Shown one piece after another: positions 1 to 8,498 of a DNA stretch of 64,000 bases. Position 1 is the first letter of the stretch, and every line of letters begins with the position of its first letter. The position numbers and the translations under genes were made by a program. The notes under the pieces were generated by a model. That model was not told where the DNA came from, did no database searches, and worked only from the letters and a program-made list of their open reading frames with translations. Origin of the DNA: an uncultured virus (IMG/VR IMGVR_UViG_3300012009_000259) (lineage: Duplodnaviria > Heunggongvirae > Uroviricota > Caudoviricetes); the IMG/VR virus record IMGVR_UViG_3300012009_000259. One strand, given 5' to 3'.

Positions 1-57
1 AAGTTTTTACTCTGAACTAAAATACTTTCTGAAAACCCCCCCCATCCCCCCCACTAA
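1..57 (+). repeat. Partial copy (right half) of the ~95-bp dispersed palindromic element, truncated by the window edge
   Basis: aagtttttactctgaactaaaatactttctgaaaaccccccccatccccccca aligns to the right half of the copy at 55092-55186. Confidence 0.85.
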
Positions 58-70
58 ACAAAAGGAGTTT

Positions 71-694
71 TTGATGAGAATGATAGTGAATATCAGGGCT
101 AGGACGATGGAAGCAAGAGTAGAACGGGATACATCGGACGGTATTATCGTTGCCCTAACTCCACTTACCATCGTTGAGCAATACGCTGATTTTGATAGCT
201 TCCGCGACTTTCCTCGTATTAGCGTAACTGTTCGAAGAAAGGTAAAAACTGTGATCCCCTTTGGTCAGTATGAGATGACCAGTGACGGTGTTGTAACGAT
301 AACCCCTTCAAATAAAAGAAAATGGGCTTTCTATGATAAGCCAAAGACCATAACCGAGGGGAGTTGGGACGAGACTTTCTATGACGGGTTTGAGATTCCA
401 AGGATAGTGGCCTTATATAACCACAAAGGCAGAAGTGGCATAGGGGTAGTAGAGGGAGAACCGCAGATTGACCGCAATCTAGGGGTCTATGTTATGCTTC
501 GCCCCTTGTTTGGTTCTTCGTACCTGAAGCTGTATGCTTCTACAATTCCGACAATAATAAGCATACCGCACAAAACTCTATCAGAATGGCGTATAAAAAT
601 ACAGAGGGATGCTCTAGAATACCAGAGGGAACTCAAGCGGGATTTAGACGCAATACGACGATTTAGAGAGATGTTAAGCGGCAGAATGTCATAA
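71..694 (+). CDS. hypothetical protein
   Basis: 207-aa ORF, RBS aaggag upstream. Confidence 0.7.
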   Translation: MMRMIVNIRARTMEARVERDTSDGIIVALTPLTIVEQYADFDSFRDFPRISVTVRRKVKTVIPFGQYEMTSDGVVTITPSNKRKWAFYDKPKTITEGSWDETFYDGFEIPRIVALYNHKGRSGIGVVEGEPQIDRNLGVYVMLRPLFGSSYLKLYASTIPTIISIPHKTLSEWRIKIQRDALEYQRELKRDLDAIRRFREMLSGRMS

Positions 695-735
695 CGGCAC
701 TTGGAGAAGGGTGGAGGACACCATCCTCGCTCTTT

Positions 736-1404
736 TTAAGCAAAGGTGTGCTTGAATAGGCGAAACAGTCGCCATTGCTTATCCCTGCTTTGAGCACCAT
801 ATCTCTCGTTTTCGCGCCTCCACATAAACTTGAGACACTCCATAGGAGCAACGAGATTCTCTTTATAGAAGGCTGTCCTTTCAGAGGCGCTAACCACCTC
901 TGCTTCTTGAGGCAAGTCACCGACTACTCCGACAGGAAGCCAATACACAGAGGGGACTGCCCTATCCTGAATTGCCCTCCAAAAAAACATAGATGAAGCC
1001 AGAATCGCCGCCCGTATGTGTCCGCTATCTTTAGTAGAATGGTTTGGGGGTGGGTAAGCGCACAGTATCTCGTCCCCCATTTCTATATATTTAGTCCCTT
1101 TCCTCATAACCCTAGACACAACAGGAAAAAAAGGCCAGGACATACCGCTTGGTGGAGTAAGAATGCGGTGTATAGATGAGTATTCAAATACTGCCCCTGA
1201 CCCCCACCCTGAAAGATTAGGATTGACACCCACTACTGAAATGGTGTAAATGTCTCCCTCTCTATCTCTCTCGGTCAACCGTAGATAAGGTGCCGATACA
1301 TGCACCGTAGAAAAGTGAAACTCTTTTTCCTGTGGCGTATAAGCGAGTTTCCCTATCCCCTCGCTTCCCCCTGTTCCATCTATCCAATACAGTACTTCTT
1401 CCAT
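736..1404 (-). CDS. hypothetical protein
   Basis: 222-aa ORF with G-rich RBS, overlaps the end of the upstream minus-strand ORF. Confidence 0.65.
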   Translation of the reverse strand: MEEVLYWIDGTGGSEGIGKLAYTPQEKEFHFSTVHVSAPYLRLTERDREGDIYTISVVGVNPNLSGWGSGAVFEYSSIHRILTPPSGMSWPFFPVVSRVMRKGTKYIEMGDEILCAYPPPNHSTKDSGHIRAAILASSMFFWRAIQDRAVPSVYWLPVGVVGDLPQEAEVVSASERTAFYKENLVAPMECLKFMWRRENERYGAQSRDKQWRLFRLFKHTFA

Positions 1405-1940
1405 ACACCCCCCCTCATAGACTTACGATACGAGTCTGCATCCCTCCACACTCCCCCAAGATCGCCGAGGCCAATGCCAACAACTTCATCTTCAGTAGCT
1501 ATCTCTATGCGGCCCCCGCTGCTTCCTGTTATGGTGCCCCGCTTCAGGAATCTATCTGGAGAGTGCAGTTTTTGCCCTCCTATTCGGTGTGTTGTGAACA
1601 CTACGGATTCGCCCACCTTGACGTATTCTTTAGAGAATAGACGCCTGTCGGCCACAAGGAGGTGTGACGCTATAGTTATCTCGCACCCCTGCTCATGTAT
1701 CAGATACATCAGTCTGTCCAGGTGCGTATTGCAAACCGCGTATCTTATCATATTTACTGGCAATCGAGTGAATATGCCCGTTTTTATTGTTTCTGATATT
1801 GTTCCTTTGATCTGTCCTCTGTACGTGGTGTGCTGAACAAGTTTACGCATTTCGTCTTCACATCTATCTAATCGAAAGAAGTCGAAGGCGATGTTTTTCT
1901 GCGCAGGGTGAAAGATGCGCGACGTACACAAATGAGTCAT
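1380..1940 (-). CDS. hypothetical protein
   Basis: 186-aa ORF, RBS aaggagagg. Confidence 0.65.
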   Translation of the reverse strand: MTHLCTSRIFHPAQKNIAFDFFRLDRCEDEMRKLVQHTTYRGQIKGTISETIKTGIFTRLPVNMIRYAVCNTHLDRLMYLIHEQGCEITIASHLLVADRRLFSKEYVKVGESVVFTTHRIGGQKLHSPDRFLKRGTITGSSGGRIEIATEDEVVGIGLGDLGGVWRDADSYRKSMRGGVWKKYCIG

Positions 1941-2372
1941 ATTCCTCTCCTTAAACTACCTTGCTTGTAATCGTTCTTGTTACAAATCATCGCCCTTGTA
2001 TGTTCTGCGATCTTTTGTCGCTATTTTATATGATGTCTCTGTGTGAATACTTAATCCATAGGGGGGTTCGAAATTTGTGTAATGGGGGTGGGAAAAAGCA
2101 GTGGTATGTCTGCGAAGACGAAACAATCGGGGGAATGTGTCACTCAGTGGATGGAGCGCCACAAGGATTCCAATGGGGAATGCCTAGTGGCAGAAGCTCG
2201 TTCTCCGAGGTCGCAGGAGTCATAGTTGAGGACTGGGACAGGTTCCTCGAAAGCAATAACCGCAAACCTAGGAATGAGGGGTTTGAAATGCGGTACGATT
2301 TGTACTTCATCGACCCTGTTAAAGCTGATGCAAGTCAACCATAATGCTCTTTGTAAGCGGATAACGGGGGTC

Positions 2373-2765
2373 TTAATCGGCCCCCTTTTCCCTCTTTATT
2401 TTTTCACGGATTCTGTGTAGTATTTTGTGCTTAGAAGCCAGCACTATTATAAGATTGATCAAGATTAAAGCCGTGATGACCACCCAAATGTACAACTTGC
2501 GATAATAGGCCTCTGCGTATTTTGGATGTATAATCCCCTCAAACCCAATATCTACCAATACAAACAAAACTCCTAACGCGAAAGCCATCATAAGTGACAA
2601 CACTGCTCTCTGCTTCACTCCCTCTCCCTTAGGCGCGCCCTCATTGCCTATAATATGCTGTAAATTATTATACCTTATGCTGTCACTGGAGGGCAAAATG
2701 TCGCAGGTGAGACTACTGGTAGTAATAGGTCTTTTATTGTTATCTGGGGTAAGTTGTAATGACAT
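2373..2765 (-). CDS. small membrane protein (real start probably internal, near 2618)
   Basis: two hydrophobic segments; purine-rich RBS before an internal GTG. Confidence 0.5.
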   Translation of the reverse strand: MSLQLTPDNNKRPITTSSLTCDILPSSDSIRYNNLQHIIGNEGAPKGEGVKQRAVLSLMMAFALGVLFVLVDIGFEGIIHPKYAEAYYRKLYIWVVITALILINLIIVLASKHKILHRIREKIKREKGAD

Positions 2766-3081
2766 AGAAGCATCCGATCAAAGCAGAACTTTTTCTAGGT
2801 GCCTTAGCGTTACAGGTGATGAAAGAAGATTTTACTTCTCAAACGAAGGTAATGAAACAACTCATGTATGCTCTGTTGCCGTGCGCTCAAGAATAACGAA
2901 AGACTCTTTATCTTGTCGAAAGGTCACGGGGTTAGGCTCCAGGCCCGACAGTATAGAAAGCGACGGCTCAGGCGGGTACGTGGCTTTTTGGGAAGATGAT
3001 ATGTCGTTATACCTGAAGAGTGTGGTTGGGGGAGTGCGTGTTTGTAGTGTCGATGGTGAAGATAGGGTATCCCCGTACTAG
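2698..3081 (+). CDS. putative lipoprotein / secreted protein
   Basis: MSQVRLLVVIGLLLLSGVSC signal peptide ending in Cys; ggagg RBS. Confidence 0.55.
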   Translation: MSQVRLLVVIGLLLLSGVSCNDIEASDQSRTFSRCLSVTGDERRFYFSNEGNETTHVCSVAVRSRITKDSLSCRKVTGLGSRPDSIESDGSGGYVAFWEDDMSLYLKSVVGGVRVCSVDGEDRVSPY

Positions 3082-3869
3082 AACTTTATAGGGGCTGTCC
3101 AGAAACCTTCACGCCATTGCCCAAACACAGCATCTACAAGCACAGGTTGTGTAGCCTGTCTTATGACTTGGACAATCTCTTTCTCCCAGTCATCACTATT
3201 CTCTTTAACCTCGACTCTTTTGTAGTGTCGAGGTCTGAACTTGCCAGCCATCCAATGAGCGTATCTCGCCCCTTGCGAAGGCGCAACAAAGATGTCAATT
3301 AGTCGCACCCTATTGTCGTTGTGGAGTCGCTTCAGTCTGACTAAGATAAACCTAGATACAGCCTCTTGGTTTATGGCGGTAGTGCTTTGCCCCACTATAA
3401 GCGTGTGTACCTGGCTAGACCTCCTGTGTGCCTTCTCTATGATGAATGGGGCGTTAGATTCGGGCATTTCAAGAGGGACTACTACATAAACTGCGGGGTG
3501 TCGAGAAGGTTGTCCCTGACCGTTGCCAGGGTATAACACGATAGGCTTGCCTCTTTGGACAGTCTCCTGATATTTCTTTTTATCGCTCAACTCCACAGGA
3601 ACGAAGCCTGCCCTTGATAGGGCCTGTGCCTCGGCGGGGGCATGATTGTTTCTCTCTCTCCCCCCAATAGCCTTAAAGTGAACTTTAGCGGCCTTTAGCA
3701 CTTTGTTTAGGTGTTTCGGGGGGATAAGTAGGCGTGTCTGCGCCTCAACCCCTGATTGGCCTATACGCGCACCATACGCCGCCCAGAACACATTCTGGCT
3801 AGAGATTTTCATTGGGCGCACATAGTACTCAGTTCTGCCCCGTTTCTGTCTGGTATCAGCTACGAGCAT
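3078..3869 (-). CDS. hypothetical protein, last gene of the FtsK operon
   Basis: 263-aa ORF overlapping the upstream gene's stop. Confidence 0.7.
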   Translation of the reverse strand: MLVADTRQKRGRTEYYVRPMKISSQNVFWAAYGARIGQSGVEAQTRLLIPPKHLNKVLKAAKVHFKAIGGRERNNHAPAEAQALSRAGFVPVELSDKKKYQETVQRGKPIVLYPGNGQGQPSRHPAVYVVVPLEMPESNAPFIIEKAHRRSSQVHTLIVGQSTTAINQEAVSRFILVRLKRLHNDNRVRLIDIFVAPSQGARYAHWMAGKFRPRHYKRVEVKENSDDWEKEIVQVIRQATQPVLVDAVFGQWREGFWTAPIKF

Positions 3870-4513
3870 TTTCTCTCCCCACTACTGCTTTTAGCACTTT
3901 TTTTAACCTCAAGGGCTTGTCTCCCAACGTCATCAATCCTGCGTATAGCCTCTGATCTATGTGCGGATGGATTCACGAGCTTTGATAGTGTGTCAGCCAA
4001 CCCTTTGATCTTTTGAATAGTTATGTCTCTGCCGTCCCAGTGTTTTTCTAGGATTTCCTCTGGTGTGCCCGAAATCATGCCGGTAATAGACAGAAATACA
4101 ATCGAAAGGACACCCAGGTCGTCAAGCCCTCCAACTAGGGGTATTACGTCGGGTATTAAGTCCATTACGTTTAGAACGTATCCTATGGCAGCGATCCCAA
4201 CGGCCTTTGCCATAAACGGAGCCTCCTCGTCCAGGAGTATCCTTCCTAGCAGTTTAGTCATATTGGGCAACAACGTCAAGTAGGTGTATAGTGCTAGTAA
4301 CGCATTATTCCCAACGAAGTCGCTCTCTTCCAGCATTGACACGACAGAACTGTCATGCCTCTTAACATATTCGCATATCGCCTGCCAGATGCTTGTTTCC
4401 TGCGGGTTTCCCGCAGACCCCGCTTCTACAATCTTGCCTGATGTATTTACGATATTTATAGCGTGTTTCTCAGCCTTACAGACCTTCCCCTTAACCTTAT
4501 CATTATAACTCAT
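3860..4513 (-). CDS. DUF1232 (YkvA-like) membrane protein
   Basis: motif GYVLNVMDLIPDVIPLVGGLDDL. Confidence 0.8.
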   Translation of the reverse strand: MSYNDKVKGKVCKAEKHAINIVNTSGKIVEAGSAGNPQETSIWQAICEYVKRHDSSVVSMLEESDFVGNNALLALYTYLTLLPNMTKLLGRILLDEEAPFMAKAVGIAAIGYVLNVMDLIPDVIPLVGGLDDLGVLSIVFLSITGMISGTPEEILEKHWDGRDITIQKIKGLADTLSKLVNPSAHRSEAIRRIDDVGRQALEVKKSAKSSSGERKCS

Positions 4514-4527
4514 CCTCTACCCCTTTA

Positions 4528-7047
4528 TTATGCTGTGCTCAGTGTTCTGAGAGCAACATCTATAATCATACCTGGGGGGAGAGGCATACTCTCCCCTATA
4601 GCCCTCATAGTCCAGTTTCCTTCTTCTGTCTTAGTATACCACTGTGCCAGCTTTTCCTCTTTATCTTTGGGCTTAATCGCCTTCTTCTTAATCTTCTCAT
4701 CCAACAAAAAGGCGTCAATGCGTCTATACCTCTCGATGGCTTCGGACGTTATAACACGGTCATCTCTTGTTATAGCAAGATTAAGTGCCCCCCTCTCAGA
4801 AGCCTGCTCTACAATCTCATCTACGTTATCGGGGGGGATGTAACAACCTCTTCCTACTACGTCGGGTTTGCCGCTTCTGTAGACTACGAACACACCTAAA
4901 AACTCTTTCCCTGTCGGCACATACCAGGGATAGATCGTGTGCTCTGAACCCGCAAATGACCTTATTACCCCTGCTTCGGATTTCCCCATCCTGTGAATAG
5001 CGTGCCAGCTTAAGTTACCCTTTAAGTTGCCAGGGATAATTTCCGCTTTAGGTATCTGAGTAGACAGAATGCAATTGATGCCTGTGGAACGAGCGATAGC
5101 TAGTAAGGCAGATAAGGCATTAACATACACATCGTCCATCTTCCTTGCTGCGAAGAAGGTGCGGGGGAGTAACGCCTCTAGTTCTTCTAATTCCTCTTTC
5201 GTATATGGGCTATCTCCTTCTCCGTCCATAAACAGCCCCAAGTTGTGCAAGGCTCCATAGTTCTTGTCATCTCCAACTTTTGCGGCACTAGCGTTCCCCC
5301 TCGTATATGTCATCTCCTCGAACAGCATGACGATACGCGCTAATTGTTTTTCTGCCTCTACCTTTGTATTGTAGTCCAGCATCTTCTCCTGGCCTAATGC
5401 CTGCATGATTTGCATTCTTCGCCTTGCCTCATCAACCGCAAACACAGCAGATGAGACAATGCTTATTAGGTCTGTAGAGTTCATTGCTAGGTGTGGCGCG
5501 ATGAAGGTAAATGTTGAAGCCTTCAAGTCAGTCACGAAGTAGACAATGCTCTTAGGGTCAAAATGCTTCATGCCTGATAGCATTGCCCCTCTGATTGTGG
5601 CGCTTTTGCCAGAACCAGAAGCTCCGGTATTACTACCATGAGGCATAGACTCCCATTCGATGCTGATAAGTTCCCCGTTGGTAATGTCTACGCCTATTGG
5701 GAATTGCTGAGGCTTCAAATCAGAAGTCTTTTCCAAGAAGTCTTCTGCGTCAATAATGGGGGGAACGATGTGCGGATTCTGTTGCAAAAGGCACACTTCT
5801 CCGTCTACACGCTCGACCTCAAACTGAATATCACCGAACTGCCTAATCAAGCGGTTAGCTGTCGATTTGGGGGCGATTAGGCCATTGAGGTAGATTTGAT
5901 ATATGTCTTGAAGGCCAGACTGACGTACAAATTTGATCTCTATATCTTCCTCAGCCCCCCACTCCATACGAGCCTGATTAGTAAGACGCTGAACGATATT
6001 GCGCCGGTGCTGATCTACCTCGCTTAACTCTTCTTCTTCCTCTTCTTCCTCCACCCTGCGCTCTCCTATCGGCATAGTGAGCGCCATCATAATAGGCGGC
6101 CCCCACAACAAACCTTTGCTAGCTATCCACCCCCCAAGAGCAGTAGTAATGATTAGCGGCCAAGATACAGGCTTGCGTTCCTGATATTGCAAAAGCACGA
6201 CAGCCAAAGCAATAGATAGTGGAGCAAAAAAGGCAGAGCCCATTATCCTTAAGTGGCTTATAGCCCCGCCTATTATAACTACAAGTAGCACTAAGAAGTC
6301 CGCGTTTATCTCGACAACCTCTTCCTCCATGCCACCCATACCGCCCATACCGCCGCCCATACCGCCGCCCATACCGCCACCCATACCGCCACCTTCGGGT
6401 TCTTCTTCTTTCCTAAACTGAAACTTAAATTTAGGCCCTTCATTTCCCATGCCACCCATGCCCATGCCGTCATCCTTCTGGCTCTTAAAGGCGTGCCCAA
6501 GAAGAGATATGAGAGTCTTTCCCGCCGAGGGAATGTCGATAGAGATTTCTAGCGCGCTGGCAACAAAGTAGACCGTTACAACATTCAGGATTATGGTAAC
6601 TATGGGCATCCAAGCGACTCCTGGGAGCAGTCTAGCAGACAATGAGGAAGCTATAGATGCTGCGCCACCCAGGGGAGTAAGTAGGGCAATGGGTAACGAA
6701 CCCCCAACAGCAGAATAAACAGGGACGACGAGAGCGATGGCTACTCCCACAAGACTCAGGGCGACAGTTGTAAAATCAAAGTTGAAGAGTGGCACTTCTG
6801 CTTCTTGGCTATCTTGGTCATCTGCCCCCTCCTTACTTACAGACTCATCCATGCCCATGCCCATGTCACCAGCACCCATGCCCATGTCACCAGCACCCAT
6901 GCCCATGTCCATACCCATGTCATCGGCACCCATGCTCATGTCCATGCCATCATCTTCTTCAAATCCTACATCTCCACCAGGGATTTCATCCAGACCCACA
7001 GGTTCAAAGCTCATAAGAGAACATTCCCTCGCTATAACATTTCCCAA
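4528..7047 (-). CDS. FtsK/SpoIIIE-family membrane-anchored ATPase (DNA translocase / coupling protein)
   Basis: N-terminal TM helices; PHGSNTGASGSGKS Walker A; DLK; LFEE Walker B; ARSTGINCILSTQ FtsK-type motif; Gly/Met-rich inserts. Confidence 0.85.
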   Translation of the reverse strand: MGNVIARECSLMSFEPVGLDEIPGGDVGFEEDDGMDMSMGADDMGMDMGMGAGDMGMGAGDMGMGMDESVSKEGADDQDSQEAEVPLFNFDFTTVALSLVGVAIALVVPVYSAVGGSLPIALLTPLGGAASIASSLSARLLPGVAWMPIVTIILNVVTVYFVASALEISIDIPSAGKTLISLLGHAFKSQKDDGMGMGGMGNEGPKFKFQFRKEEEPEGGGMGGGMGGGMGGGMGGMGGMEEEVVEINADFLVLLVVIIGGAISHLRIMGSAFFAPLSIALAVVLLQYQERKPVSWPLIITTALGGWIASKGLLWGPPIMMALTMPIGERRVEEEEEEEELSEVDQHRRNIVQRLTNQARMEWGAEEDIEIKFVRQSGLQDIYQIYLNGLIAPKSTANRLIRQFGDIQFEVERVDGEVCLLQQNPHIVPPIIDAEDFLEKTSDLKPQQFPIGVDITNGELISIEWESMPHGSNTGASGSGKSATIRGAMLSGMKHFDPKSIVYFVTDLKASTFTFIAPHLAMNSTDLISIVSSAVFAVDEARRRMQIMQALGQEKMLDYNTKVEAEKQLARIVMLFEEMTYTRGNASAAKVGDDKNYGALHNLGLFMDGEGDSPYTKEELEELEALLPRTFFAARKMDDVYVNALSALLAIARSTGINCILSTQIPKAEIIPGNLKGNLSWHAIHRMGKSEAGVIRSFAGSEHTIYPWYVPTGKEFLGVFVVYRSGKPDVVGRGCYIPPDNVDEIVEQASERGALNLAITRDDRVITSEAIERYRRIDAFLLDEKIKKKAIKPKDKEEKLAQWYTKTEEGNWTMRAIGESMPLPPGMIIDVALRTLSTA
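6329..6392 (-). repeat. GGM/GGGM coding tandem repeat inside the FtsK-like gene
   Basis: repeated ccgccgcccata-type units on the + strand. Confidence 0.85.
6848..6950 (-). repeat. MGMGAGD coding tandem repeat inside the FtsK-like gene
   Basis: repeated 21-nt cccatgcccatgtcaccagca units. Confidence 0.8.
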
Positions 7048-7220
7048 ACATCATCTAGACACCAAACGCACAATATGGCATCTGAGTTATTATCTTCCAC
7101 GTATTTCGCATGTCTTAAGCACACCTTCTTGCCGCACATCTCACACTCGCAAACAGAGGGCTCTTCGCAGTAGGCGCACGTATTTTTCTTCTTCTTGTTC
7201 TTCTTTCTGAAAAGCCCCAC
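7032..7220 (-). CDS. small Cys-rich zinc-finger protein
   Basis: CAYC..CECEMC..CLRH..CVWC; RBS aggag. Confidence 0.65.
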   Translation of the reverse strand: MGLFRKKNKKKKNTCAYCEEPSVCECEMCGKKVCLRHAKYVEDNNSDAILCVWCLDDVWEML

Positions 7221-7234
7221 TTATTCTCCTATTA

Positions 7235-7897
7235 TCAAAGGCTACTAATTATGTCCGCAATCAGTGGGAATCCTACTATTGCGGAGGCTACACCTAGTGA
7301 CAGGAACCAGAGAGCTTCCTTTTTATCCCAGTCTCCCGACCAATTTATGATGTCCTTAGACTTTATTCCCCGCTTATACCACAAGAAAGCAAACGCCTTC
7401 CTGGAGCCTGAGGTAACTATTGGGCCAGACCAATTAAACATGTGAAGCCTATCCCAATAGAACTTTTCTACATCATTGACATTCTTCTCAGCGAGTCGCT
7501 TCTTGTAGTCCTTCCTTTTGTCGCGTAATTCTCTGTGATAGAAGCGGAACCAATAGATTCCAGACACCGTTTGACTATCAAGAAACAAATGCGCAACATA
7601 ACCAAAAAACAAGCCAACTGAAAAAGGTATAGCCTGCGGCAATCCCAGGAGACCCACAATGAATACGCTCAGTGTACATATCAGAGCACCATAAAGCGTA
7701 TGTGAAAAACCTCGATGTTTCAAGAAGGGAATCTTAACATCAAGATCAGGTAGTATGCCACCGACAGCACCGCCAGCAACCATCATACCTGCGTTGATGG
7801 CTGCTTCTGGTGTCCCTCCCGAACTAACGCTAGTAAGGTATACAGCAGCGGCCTCTCCCGCTAATACTCCACCTATGGAATGGGTAGGCTTGTGCAT
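7235..7897 (-). CDS. YdjM-like metal-dependent membrane hydrolase
   Basis: MHKPTH, LPDLD, HRGFSHT and HLFLD motifs; TAATG coupling to the upstream gene. Confidence 0.85.
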   Translation of the reverse strand: MHKPTHSIGGVLAGEAAAVYLTSVSSGGTPEAAINAGMMVAGGAVGGILPDLDVKIPFLKHRGFSHTLYGALICTLSVFIVGLLGLPQAIPFSVGLFFGYVAHLFLDSQTVSGIYWFRFYHRELRDKRKDYKKRLAEKNVNDVEKFYWDRLHMFNWSGPIVTSGSRKAFAFLWYKRGIKSKDIINWSGDWDKKEALWFLSLGVASAIVGFPLIADIISSL

Positions 7898-8448
7898 TAT
7901 GGCCCCTCTTGCTCCGCGCCTTCTTCGTCCTCCCCAAAATGATAAGCTACTGATATACGTAAGGCGATTTGTTCGCCCTGGGGGGCTTGCACGCAGAAGA
8001 ATGCTTTGTTGTCCCCTTCGTGTCTCTCGCAGTGCCACTCTTCCGTTTTGTCGTCGTCTCTCATCTTGGGGTGTAGGGTCGTCATATTCCCGACCTCCCC
8101 CCCTTCTACCTTAGTGAGTGGGTCAACCTCAATCGGCAAGCCAGACCATGCGACTCCTATTGCATTATTGTCTTCGTCTCTAGCTACAAGTAAGCAGCGC
8201 CCTGGTGGAAGTGAATACCCTACCCAGGGTTCGCGGTACTCAAAGACTCCGCAATGTTGTGGCTCTCCGGTTAAGTGAAAGTCGGGCAAAGGTGTAGAAG
8301 CAGGGGGTGTCTCTACCGCTACCTCACCACTTCTCCCATCTTGAAACATCACTGCCCCTGCAACACCCACTAGCAGAGATGTGAGTATAATAACAATGAG
8401 AGTTTTGACAGTTATATTCTCTTCTCGCTTAAGTATATCCATAGCCAC
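7897..8448 (-). CDS. membrane-anchored hypothetical protein
   Basis: N-terminal TM helix; RBS aggaggt. Confidence 0.7.
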   Translation of the reverse strand: MAMDILKREENITVKTLIVIILTSLLVGVAGAVMFQDGRSGEVAVETPPASTPLPDFHLTGEPQHCGVFEYREPWVGYSLPPGRCLLVARDEDNNAIGVAWSGLPIEVDPLTKVEGGEVGNMTTLHPKMRDDDKTEEWHCERHEGDNKAFFCVQAPQGEQIALRISVAYHFGEDEEGAEQEGP

Positions 8449-8498
8449 CTCCTACTATTAGGATACGTGGCGCGGTTATAAACAAAGTTGGGAGTTGT

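Noticed and set aside
6737..7210. His-rich, Cys/Pro-rich and Met/Pro-rich plus-strand ORFs
   Set aside because: They are antisense readings of the Gly-Met repeats in the FtsK-like gene.
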